Shown here: in pieces, positions 11,882-23,069 of the stretch | How positions within the stretch are numbered: position 1 is the first letter of the stretch | How the letters are laid out: each line of letters opens with the position of its first letter | From: Chrysomallon squamiferum | Lineage: Eukaryota; Animalia; Mollusca | NCBI GenBank assembly: GCA_012295275.1 | Contig: CM022666.1 | Location: 1 to 64,000 of the forward strand | Reading direction: 5' to 3' | Length of the DNA: 64,000 nucleotides | Translations under genes and position numbers: made by a program | Notes under the pieces: model-generated | Seen by the model: the letters and a program-made list of their open reading frames with translations, nothing else | What the model was told of the DNA's origin: nothing | Database searches by the model: none

Positions 11882-14167
11882 TTAATAACATTTCATTTGT
11901 CCATCGCTGTGACACATACATCTCCGTTTCCACCAGAACCAGCCATTTTCAGTTTTATAACCAGGATTCCGACACTTACCATCGAAGAAACAGTCTGAAA
12001 TGAGCGGAGGAAAGTAAACAGAGAAAATAAATTAACAATATTTCTGATGCTTCACATTTCACCTTTGTTGTAGATGTCAACACTTACACTTGGTAACTTT
12101 CTGTTCTATGTCAATATCCATATGAGGGCACCACACATGCAATCTAGCCAAAGATTTCATTCGCATAGTTCCAGGATGATTTTCATGAAGAGAATACGGA
12201 ATATTTGTTCGATATTTATCAGGAATAATCACTTGCATTCCTCTGAGAAGACAATGTTCCTCCACGGTTAATTCATCTTTCACTCTGAAATAAGGTAACA
12301 GCTCAGGTGAAATAGAAGATTCTTCTGGCCATCCAGACATGTTATAATGTACAACACAAGATAACACTTTGTCAACCTCAGTTGTTTTCTCAATATTTCT
12401 TGCAGTGAAAGGTAATCCACTGACTTGATTTCTCATTGCTTGCTTGTCTTCATGCCAAAACACACTTTCAGATACTTCATCAGCTTGCAGAAGCGGCAGT
12501 CAGGACAGTGCATCAGCATTTCTATTTATGGTAGTTTTTCTGTATTTAATGTCAAACTTATATCCAGCTAACTGAATAGCCCAACGCTGTAGTCGAGAAG
12601 CTGTCAGAACAGGAATATTCTTTTTAGGTCCAAGAATCATTGTCAGTGGTTAATAATCTGTGAACAAAGTATATCTTCTACCATACATGTACTAATGGAA
12701 CTTGTGTATTCCAAAAATTATTGCCAGTGCTTCTTTCTCAATCTGGGAATACTTGCGTTCTGCTGATGTCAGAGTTCTAGAAACGTATGCTTGCTATTGG
12801 CCTATCCGATCCTTCATTTCCATGTGATATTACCACTCCAAGACCATGCGCAGATGCATCTACTGCCAACATTACTGGTTTCATCAAGTTATAGTGGACA
12901 AGAATTTTAGCTGATACTAACAGTTTTCCCACTTTGGAAAATGCTTGGTGACAAACATTACTCCATCTGTATAAGTTTTCAACACAATCGATGTTGATTT
13001 CAATGGCACTGTTTTCTTCAATTTTTCCTGATAACTCTTATTAGAAATTATCGACAGAGAAGCACCTGTATCTACTTCCACTTTGAATGGCACACCATTG
13101 AGTTCCAATGAAATTTGAATTTCTTTCGCTTTCGTAGATTTCACTGTGAAAATTGACTGTTCAAAATCACAGTCATTTCTTTCCATTGCAACCTCTTTAT
13201 TTTCTAGAACAGCTTTTGTAATTTCTGATTCAGTTTTGTTACTCCCAGATTCTTCATGAATAACATGAATTTTGAAACCTTCCGAATCATTGATACCACT
13301 TTCTGATTCCGTATCAGAATTTTGATTCACAACACGAAGTTTACAGTTTTTCAACTTTTGAAATTTCTTTTTTCCTTTTTCCATTTGTTTGCTTTCCTGT
13401 CTTTCTACTTTTTTCTTTTGATTTCGACATTTTCTACTAAATTGTCCTGTTTCGTTACAGTTATAACATTTCACCTTTTTGTAAAAACATGCATCATGAT
13501 CATGATTAGTTTTACCACACCGGAAGCATTCAATGACAGAAACTTTGTGGAACTTTTCCATTTCTGACTTAATTCCAATTTTCATCTTGATACCATTTAG
13601 ATACAACAGTACTAACAAAAAGGATGTAGAGTTATTAGTAGTCGTATAAAATGTAATAAGTAAAACGTTAAAAGAATTTGCATCATTACAATGTGAAATG
13701 CTAATTCAACTGGTAATATAAAATATCTTACATTAGGTCTTTTTCCTGTAACTATCAACAGTATTATACTTTACCACGTATGTTGTAATATCTTTCCAGC
13801 GACAAAATAACAACATTAATATATATATATATATATTACAAAATTACAAAATTTTATTTTATTTTATTTTATTTCATCTTATTTTGCTTTTATTTTTACT
13901 TTTATTGCTATTATTTATTATTATTATTAAATTTCATATGTAGAGAGAGAGACTTGATGATGCTAATCCTCAGTTTATGTGGACAGTTTGTTATTCTGTA
14001 TAACGAAACAAAGTTTTGCTAAATTTATTGCTTACATGAAGTTTGTTCATCAGTTTTCAACCCACCTTCAACATATTTAAGCGTATTTAAACCACGTCGG
14101 TAATGGAACTGACAGACGGTTTTACTCCATTTTATCTCGCACTGTCTAGTTAGTCTATTGTTTACAG
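11882..14167 (-). pseudogene. Paralog (copy 2) of the GWFWW Cys-rich protein; exons 2-3 open, exon 1 not found intact
   Basis: Exon 14167-14036 reads VNNRLTRQCEIKWSKTVCQFHYRRGLNTLKYVEGGLKTDEQTS and exon 11994-11882 reads YCFFDGKCRNPGYKTENGWFWWKRRCMCHSDGQMKCY*, with the same phases as copy 1. The 3' UTR (11770-11880) resembles 6816-6925. The only exon-1-like segment (~14530-14626, ...HAW*FYISYFQHLKSNKI) has stops. It could still be functional through an unrecognised first exon. Confidence 0.62.
12065..13590 (-). mobile_element. Decayed, internally deleted Ty3/Gypsy LTR retrotransposon (K02A2.6/Mag-like gag-pol remnant)
   Basis: Two CCHC-type knuckles (CFRCGKTNHDHDAC, CYNCNETGQFSRKC), aspartic protease VDTGAS, RNase H motifs ([42 protein letters not shown]) and integrase zinc finger (LHENHPG...CKC). 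Stops and frameshifts are present. The RT core, integrase core and LTRs are not seen. Confidence 0.92.
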
Positions 14168-14395
14168 CTGAGAATGTTAAAATAAACATATGTTGTAGTT
14201 CCACAAGCCTATGGCTCTGTCTGTATGTCTAATCCTCTTTCCGTGTACATCTATATCTTGTCCGTCTGTTGTATGTCGGTCAAAGTATCTGCCTGTTTAT
14301 TAGAAACAACAGCAAAGACTACTTCTATTGCAACTTTATTGCTGTTGGTGCTATTGTTTTCTTCTTCCTCTTCAACCCTTCTTCTTCTTCTTCTT

Positions 14396-14467
<72 letters not shown>

Positions 14468-14789
14468 ATACACTATTAATAAAGGTAAGCTATTGATATT
14501 ATGCAAATATTATGCTTTAGAAAATTTTTATATATGAAATATTTTGTTTGATTTCAGGTGTTGAAAGTATGAAATATAAAACTACCAGGCATGTAGTAAT
14601 ATCTGTCCAAGTAATATGTTCTGCATCTGAATATGTCTACAACATCACAGATAATAAAACAGAATAAAAGTTTGAAATTTACATATTTTGACAATAAACA
14701 TTCATTTCTGTCATAATTGCCGGCATGAATTCAAAATTAAATTTAGACTACATTCAGGCAGACACAAACTGCTACTAATAATAGCGGTA

Positions 14790-16935
14790 GTTGTGTCCTA
14801 CTGTTACTACTAGCAGTTGTGTCCTACTGTTACTACTAGCAGTTGTGTCCTACTGTTACTACTAACAGTTGTGTCCTACTATTACTACTAGCAGTTGTGT
14901 CCTACTGTTACTACTAGCAGTTGTGTCTTACTGTTACTACTAGCAGTTGTGTCCTACTGTTACTACTAGCAGTTGTGTCCTACTGTTACTACTAAAGTTG
15001 TGTCCTACTGTTACTACTAGCATTTGTGTCCTACTGTTACTACTAGCAGTTGTGTCCTACTGTTACTACTAGCAGTTGTGTCCCACTGTTACTACTGTTA
15101 CTACTAGCAGTTGTGTCCTACTGTTACTACTAACAGTTGTGTGTCCTACTGTTACTACAGTTTGTGTCCTACTGTTACTAGCAGTTTGTCTACTGTTACT
15201 ACTACAGTTGTGTCCCACTGTTACTACTACAGTTGTGTCCACTGTTACTACTAGCATTTGTGTCCTACTCCTGTTACTACTAGTACTGTCCTACTGTTAC
15301 TAGCAGTTGTGTCCTGTACTACTAGCATTTGTTCCTACTGTTACTAACGGTTGTGTCCTACTGTTACTACTAGTAGTTGTGTCCTACTGTTACTACTAGT
15401 AGTTGTGTCCCACTGTTTTGCAGTTGTGTCCCACTGTTATTACAAACAGTTGTGTCCCTACTGTCCTACTGTTACTACTAGTAGTTGTGTCCCACTGTTA
15501 CTACAAACAGTTGTGTACTTGTTGTCCTACTGTTACTACTACTGTGTCCTACTGTTAGCATAGTTGTGTTGTGTCCTACTGTTACTACTAGCAGTTGTGT
15601 TGTGTCCTACTGTTACTATTTGTGTCCCATTAGTAGTTAGTTGTGTCCACTGTTACTACTAGTAGTTTGTCCTACTGTTACTACTAGTAGTTGTGTCCCA
15701 CTGTTACTACAAACTGTTACTACTAGCATTTGTGTCCTACTGTTACTACAAACAGTTGTGTCCTACTGTTACTACTAGCAGTTGTGTCCTACTGTTACTA
15801 CTAGTAGTTGTGTCCTACTGTTACTACAAACAGTTCTGTCACTACTAGCATTTGTGTCCTATTGTTACTACTAGTAGTTGTGTCCCACTGTTACTACTGT
15901 TACTACTAGTATTTGTGTCCTACTGTTACTACTAGTGGTTCTGTGCTAGATACTACTAGCAGTTGTGTCCTACTGTTACTACTAGCAGTTGTGTCCTACT
16001 GTTACTACTAGTAGTTGTGTCCTATTGTTACTACAAACAGTTCTGTCACTACTAGCATTTGTGTCCTATTGTTACTACTAGTCGTTGTGTCCTACTGTTA
16101 CTACTAGTAGTTGTGTCCTACTGTTACTACTAGTAGTTGTGTCCCACTGTTACTACTAGCATTTGTGTCCTACTGTTACTACTAGTGGTTTTAGTGTCCT
16201 ACTGTTACTACTAGTAGTTCTACTGTTACTACTAGCATTTGTGTCCTACTGTTACTACTAGTCGTTGTGTCCTACTGTTACTACTAGTGGTTTTGTGCTA
16301 CTGTTACTACTAGTAGTTCTGTGCTACTGTTACTACTAGCAGTTGTGTCCTACTGTAAAAAAAAGTTGTGTCCTACTGTTACTACTAGCAGTTGTGTCCT
16401 ACTGTTACTACTAGCAGTTGTGTCCTACTGTTACTACAAACAGTTGTGTCCTACTGTTACTACAAACAGTTGAGTCCTACTGTTACTACAAACAGTTGTG
16501 TCCTACTGTTACTACAAACAGTTGTACCCTACTGTTACTACTAACAGTTGTGTGCTACTGTTACTACTAGTAGTTGTGTCCTACTGTTACTACTAGTAGT
16601 TGTGTCCCACTGTTACTACTAGCATTTGTGTCCTACTGTTACTACTAGCATTTGTGTCCTACTGTTACTACTAGTGGGTCTGTGCTACTGTTACTACTAG
16701 TAGTTGTGTCCTACTGTTACTACTAGTGGTTGTGTCCTACTGTTACTACTAGTGGTTCTGTGCTACTGTTACTACTAGTAGTTGTGTCCTACTGTTACTA
16801 CTAGTGGTTCTGTGCTACTGTTACTACTAGTAGTTCTGTGCTACTGTTACTACTAGTGGTTCTGTGCTACTGTTACTACTAGTGGTTCTGTGCTACTGTT
16901 ACTACTAGTGGTTCTGTGCTACTGTTACTACTAGT
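14790..16935. repeat. 26-bp minisatellite, ~2.1 kb
   Basis: Unit GTCCTACTGTTACTACTAGCAGTTGT; the section ~15070-15720 is scrambled, and a TGGTTCTGTGC variant dominates the right end. Confidence 0.97.
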
Positions 16936-17653
16936 ATTCTTCTCTATTCTCCTGATGCTGCTTGTCTGACGTCACTATTTCTAACATTATTTCAAAGAGA
17001 CCACAGCACTTTTTATGAAATGTAGTCTAAATCAAATGAAATGATTCCAAATATGTGCTATTAAATGACATTTACCTGGAAATACCTGGTGGCAAAAGTG
17101 GGTGAGGGTAGCAAAAAAGGTGTATGAAGAACACACTTTCTTGGGCATTCCATCATCCCAGTCAGTGCCAGTGACTGTAAATTATAGATTGTGGTGTTAT
17201 GTCATCTTTAAAAAAAAACGCCTGTACTTGCCAGTGGTAAATTGTTAGTCCGGTTGCCAAACCCCAGATTTTTGGAGAACCTTGCAATACAGTCCGGGCA
17301 AAGTTTTTTTGCTGTTTCTATACCTCCGAGATGTGCTCTTTAAGAATCTGAATGATGCCACTCTGTCATCCTTGGGCAATCCGCACATCTCGTTTTCGTC
17401 AATATCTCAGTAACTACACATGGTATCAAAATAATGTTGGTGTCTATACACGTTTTTAGGGGTAAAGAATCAGATTAAACCTTTACAGTATTGATCACAC
17501 CGATATTTTCTGCAAAATATGCAAATAAGGACCGCCATTATTGATAATATCAGTAATAGCGGCCTGGTAAAAGCGGGCACTTCTCTGTTATTGAAGCGCC
17601 TGGTTCTGCCAGAGTGGCTCACATACATCTTCTCTTCCAGGTAGAGCTGAAAG

Positions 17654-18345
17654 ATGGAAAGGTGCTGCATCTTTTGTAAAGAAGATGGAAGCAAGAAGGA
17701 ACTTAGCGTCGCAGGGACTGACAGGATACAGACTATCATTGAATCAAGTAAACGGAGATTTGATGATATCCATGAAGATCTTGAAACTAGACTGTTGGCA
17801 GACAAAGATTTAGAGGTGCTTTGTCATAGAGATTCTGTATCCACATATACATCCAAATCTCACATCAAGAGACACTTGGATAAACTGAGCGCATCAAAGA
17901 AGAGTCATCTGCAGGAAAACGTCTGCGTCGGTCCGGAGCGACAACCTTCAACTTCAGGCAACACTGCCTTTTGTGCGGTGAGGAATGCCTTGACATTGAT
18001 CCTAAGCATCCGTATCGTTGGCGCAGGGTTGTTCTTTGTAGGACAGTGGACCGTGGTGAGTGGAGAAAGACTTTTAAGGAAACCTTCTAGACGTCTGTAG
18101 ATCTCGTCACGACGACTGGGGACGCGAGGTAGAGACACGTTTGGCTGGGGCAGTGAGTGATCTGCATGCAGCAGATGGTAGACACCACATAGACTGTTAC
18201 AAGAAGTTTTTTTCCTCTCGGTCAGTGAAGTCAGCTTCAGCAGCATCTAGTAGTAGCCAAGAGGAGGTGGATGTGGCTTTTGAAACGACAGTCAGTGCAG
18301 TGAGAGCAGAATCATCACGAGTGTGGAATTCCATCGAATTAGTGT
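17654..18345 (+). mobile_element. Frameshifted N-terminal fragment of a probable DNA-transposon protein (Cys/His-rich; superfamily uncertain, CMC/EnSpm-like)
   Basis: Joining frames gives MERCCIFC...LCHRDSVSTYTSKSHIKR...RLRRS...FNFRQHCLLCGEEC...DPKHP...DDWGREVETRLAGAVSDLHAADGRHHIDCYKKF...VWNSIEL. This motif order (FxxxxHCxxCG, DLxAADxRxHxxCY) is recalled from invertebrate transposon-associated proteins. The fragment is intronless, disrupted, and cut off by a repeat at 18345. Confidence 0.6.
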
Positions 18346-19400
18346 TCTACAAGTACTTCTATTGTTCTACTACTGTTCTACGAGTACTTCTATTGTTCTA
18401 CTACTGTTCTACGAGTACTTCTATTGTTCTACTACTACTGCTGCTCTATTACTAGTTCTACTACTACTACTACTACTGTTCTACAAGTACTTCTATTGTT
18501 CTACTACTGTTCTACGAGTACTTCTATTGTTTTACTATTATTACTGCTCTATTACTGTTCTACTACTACTGTTCTACTAGTACTACTGTTCTACTACTAC
18601 TACTGCTCTATTACTACTGTTCTACTACTACTACTACTACTGTTCTACAAGTACTTCTAGTGTTCTACTACTACTACTGCTCTATTACTACTGTTCTACT
18701 ACTACTACTACTGTTCTACAAGTACTACTGTTCTACTACTACTACTGCTCTATTACTACTACTATTACTGTTCTACAACTACTTCTATTGTTCTACTACT
18801 ACTGCTGCTCTATTACTACTGTTCTACTACTGTTCCACTACTACTACTACTGTTCTACTAGTACTACTGTTCTACTACTACTACTGCTCTATTACTACTG
18901 TTTCTACTACTACTACTACTACTGTTCTACTAGTACTACTGTTCTACTACTACTACTGCTCTATTACTACTGTTCTACTACTACTACTGCTCTATTACTA
19001 CTACTGCTACTGTTCTACAAGTACTACTGTTCTACTACTGTTCCACTACTACTACTGCTCTATTACTACTGTTCTACTACTACTGCTGCTCTATTACTAC
19101 TGTTCTACTACTACTACTACTGTTCTACAAGTACTTCTATTGTTCTACTACTGTTCTACGAGTTCTTCTATTGTTCTACTACTACTGCTCTATTACTACT
19201 GTTCTACTACTACTACTGTTCTACAAGTACTTCTACTGTTCTACTACTGTTCTATGAGTACTTCTATTGTTCTACTATTACTACTATTGTTCTACAAGTA
19301 GTTCTACTGTTCTACTATTACTACTACTGTTCTATTTCTACCACTACTACTACTACTGTTCTACAACTACTTCTATTGTTCTACTACTACTACTACTAAT
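18345..19400. repeat. Compound (CTA)n-derived micro/minisatellite
   Basis: Shuffled blocks CTACTACTGTT, CTACAAGTACTT, CTATTGTT and GCTCTATTA over ~1 kb. Confidence 0.95.
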
Positions 19401-19558
19401 AGTATGGAGGAAAATCCATTATATATTCATTTTTAACATGTAGATAAAGAAAGATTTCTTTTACTCAAATTATAATAAATGTGTTGACAAAATAAGAAAA
19501 CTTTATATAGGTATCACATGTTGACTTCTATACTAATTGCATGTTTATGTGCTAAATA

Positions 19559-19598
<40 letters not shown>

Positions 19599-20490
19599 AA
19601 CACATAAACATAAATAGACACACAACACACACAAGAGACATGCACTTCTCTAAATTTGACATCACAGCTGTGACTTATCAATCACACTGATCATACTGAT
19701 GAAAAAGTCTACCTAAAGTCTACTGAACATCAGCTGAAAGATATTACTTTGGTTCTAACAACTTTATACAATATCAATGAATATTAGAAAATGGCAAAGT
19801 CAAATTTAATATCTGGTATTAACCTTCTTTAGATGGATCAGTTTTGAGTTTGCTGTCAAAAAATATTTACTTTAACATCACCAGTCCTGGAAGAAATGAA
19901 ACACACTAACAGTTACTTGTTCTGCAAATGATCCAGGTCTTTATGATCAAAGAAACATTTCTGCAAGTGAACCTCATGTAAGTGTATATCAAACACTTCT
20001 GTGTGTATAAGGAAGACCAGTGTGAGACTCTATCAGCAGGATCTAAATATCTCTCTCTTTTACTAAGACAGAAATAAATTATAACACTTTCTCGGATTTA
20101 CTTTTCTTACACTAATCATTAGGCAAATGAAATCTTTGATTTGCATAACTCAGTACCCACGAAACTCTACTTAATACGTGATTTATTGATCAGGGACACA
20201 CACACACACACACACACAAATACTTAGAGTTTCTTATTTAAACATATTTATTAATTCAATGATAAACAAGAATGAGAAGTAAATAACAACAGTGAAAAGA
20301 CATTGAACTAAGCCTTTATCTAAACCAACAGCTGTTTTACAGGCATTAAGGCTTCAAGTAACAAAAAACTGACGTAGAAACTCAGATTATTGTAAGCACA
20401 ATGACAAAGTTCAATTAGGTAAACTGTAATATAAAAAAATAATAATAAAAATAATAATAAAAATAAACAATAATAATAATAATCATAATC

Positions 20491-20554
<64 letters not shown>

Positions 20555-23069
20555 TGATAATAATAATAATAAATCAAAATAGAACAGGTTATCAGTAAGT
20601 CAACTAAACTTGAAGAAAAATGCTACCAAGTGTTCACATGTCAGTTTACAGTTTCACATTCTTGTTCAAGGATTGTGTTAAATATTTATAAATCTGAAAC
20701 TTATGATATGTCAACATGAAGTTAAGACTGACTGTACATAGTTCTGACCTTAATAATATGAATAATCAGACTCATTTGTGGTTTGTATTTATTTTAAATA
20801 TGTGTTGGATAACTAAAACAATATTAGATTTTTATGCATCATATTTGGCTTATTACACCAAATCCACAAATTGTGCAAGTCATAAAAATGAAGATTCCAT
20901 ACTAGTTAAGGTCATCTTGGACTATAGCTGTTATTTCAACTATATATCTATATATTTTAAAAATACTTTTAGAGATAATAATAATAATAATAATAATAAT
21001 TATAATAATAAAAATAATAATGATGATAATTAGATATTATGAAATATTTTTGTTATATTAATTCAATGTATTATTTAATTCAAAAGTATAATTGTTACTA
21101 ATAAAAACAAAGTGAACATATTCTTCAATCAGTGAACTGTTTAGAAATATTAGAACCAAATAGTCCTGAAACAAATCAAATAAGATAAAATAAATAATAA
21201 TTATTATTGTTATTGTTGTTGTTGTTGATGTTTGTTGTTTTTTTTAAACAAAAGAAGATAAAAATACCAATTAATAAAAAAAAAGAGAAAAAACACATCA
21301 ATATTCAATACCAAACAGCAAAACAAATCAACTATAAACTGTGTAAAAAACAAAGATGTTAAGTGCAGAACAGTAAAGTATCATTAGCATGATATTAAAC
21401 AAGCCTCCATTTCATACCAAACTTATGTTTGGACAAAATGTGACAATATTTAGGTAATTATGAAAACTATTTCACCAATGATATAAAAGCAATTCATTTT
21501 TTAAATAAAATAGATTTAAACAAAATTAAATGTAATTTTCTTATAAATAATTTTTGGAAACAAAACCATTTTAAAAGGAATGCTGTAAATTTTCTTTCAT
21601 TCTTTCTTTTCTCTTTTTTCTTTCTAAAAATCCACTTACATGACACACAAACACAGATAAATACAGGAATATTTTAACACATATATATTTTTTAATAGCA
21701 TACTTCAAATATATACAAGTAATGAATTAATGATTTAAACTAGAACTGACCTATTTGAAAAGAAATAATGGCAACTAAAAAAAAATGAAGACATTTATAA
21801 ATCCAATTTGGTATTAGCTTGTGACCACAAACATTGAGTCACAACATTAGTTTTATTTTTCTCAAGTGGTCATGTCAAAATTCTGTTCATATTAAATAAC
21901 TTGTTTCTGTGTTTTCTGGTTATATTTGTGTGTTATTTATTCAGACAAACTGATTGTGTACACAAACTCACAAGCAATAAAACAAGGCATAGTGGGGTGG
22001 TCTTATTTGGCATGAAGAACAAAAAAACAACAAATATGTAACAAAATATCAGAGATCTTGTAAAACATTCCTCACTTTCACATAACAATAAATTTCTATT
22101 CTTAGTATCAATCTACTATGAAATGAAAAATAATAATAAAATATTATATTTCTGAATTTTATAAAATAGTAATCTGGTTTTAAACTAAATGAATGGAAAT
22201 GTTTATTCTTAACATCAACGTACTGTATTATAAATAATTAAATAAATTTGTTTTGTGTTTATATTAATTTTGTCTAACTGATATAATGTAAATTTATAAT
22301 TTCCATGTCAATGAATTGGAAACTTTTATCATTATTTCATAAATATAAATTCATCATTTGGTTTTATTTCTTTTTCAAGACAAAATTAGTTTATTCTTCA
22401 CAATGATTTATTGTGAATGGTTTGGTCATTTGTTAAGACTGGTACAAACACCTAATGTTAATTTCAGTTTATGATAATATTAAATCATTCACTACACTGA
22501 TACAAACAAAATAATTAAAATAACCATCACTTGCTGATCAATACAAAAACATAACCAGTGACAGGTCTGGCTGGTGTAGGTCAAATGGCTTTAACAATAC
22601 TTGTATGCTGTGAATAGGTGTTAGACAATTTATACAACAATTCTAGCTGTGTTACATTAAACACTGAAACATTCTGAATAATGTCTTGTAAAATTGTGGA
22701 AGTTTCAAAAATAATATATTGATATATGTAAATGAATAAACAATTTTTCTTTATAAAACACATCTGTGCCTTATGAGACCCTCCTCCTGTTACCTTCACC
22801 TACAAACCAAATGAATATCTGTTTCATTTATTATATTTGTTCTTGTTGTTTTGGGTTGTTTTTTTTCTCAATTGTACAAGCACACAAATAAATCAAACAA
22901 ACAAACAAAAAAAAAGTAAATATTTGGATTTGAGTAACAGTTTTACATATTATTCTTCACAGTTTAAAATCCATTACCTCTGACCAGAGGTTTAAAAATC
23001 ACATGACAGTCAAATGAATAGACCACACCAAAAACTGTGTAATACTGATTATTATTGCACTGCACATCT

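Noticed and set aside
14790-16935. CRISPR-like array (26-bp repeats; also 48105-48780 and 54288-54660)
   Set aside because: The repeats are contiguous with no unique spacers, there are no cas genes, and the context is eukaryotic.
18323-19399. 200-aa Tyr/Cys/Thr/Leu-rich ORFs
   Set aside because: They are translations of a trinucleotide-derived repeat; the same applies to the poly-L/V, poly-ER and poly-HT ORFs elsewhere.
19400-23060. 3.6-kb region downstream of DAW1
   Set aside because: AT-rich with microsatellites; no supportable exon or RNA gene was found. Probably 3' UTR and intergenic DNA.
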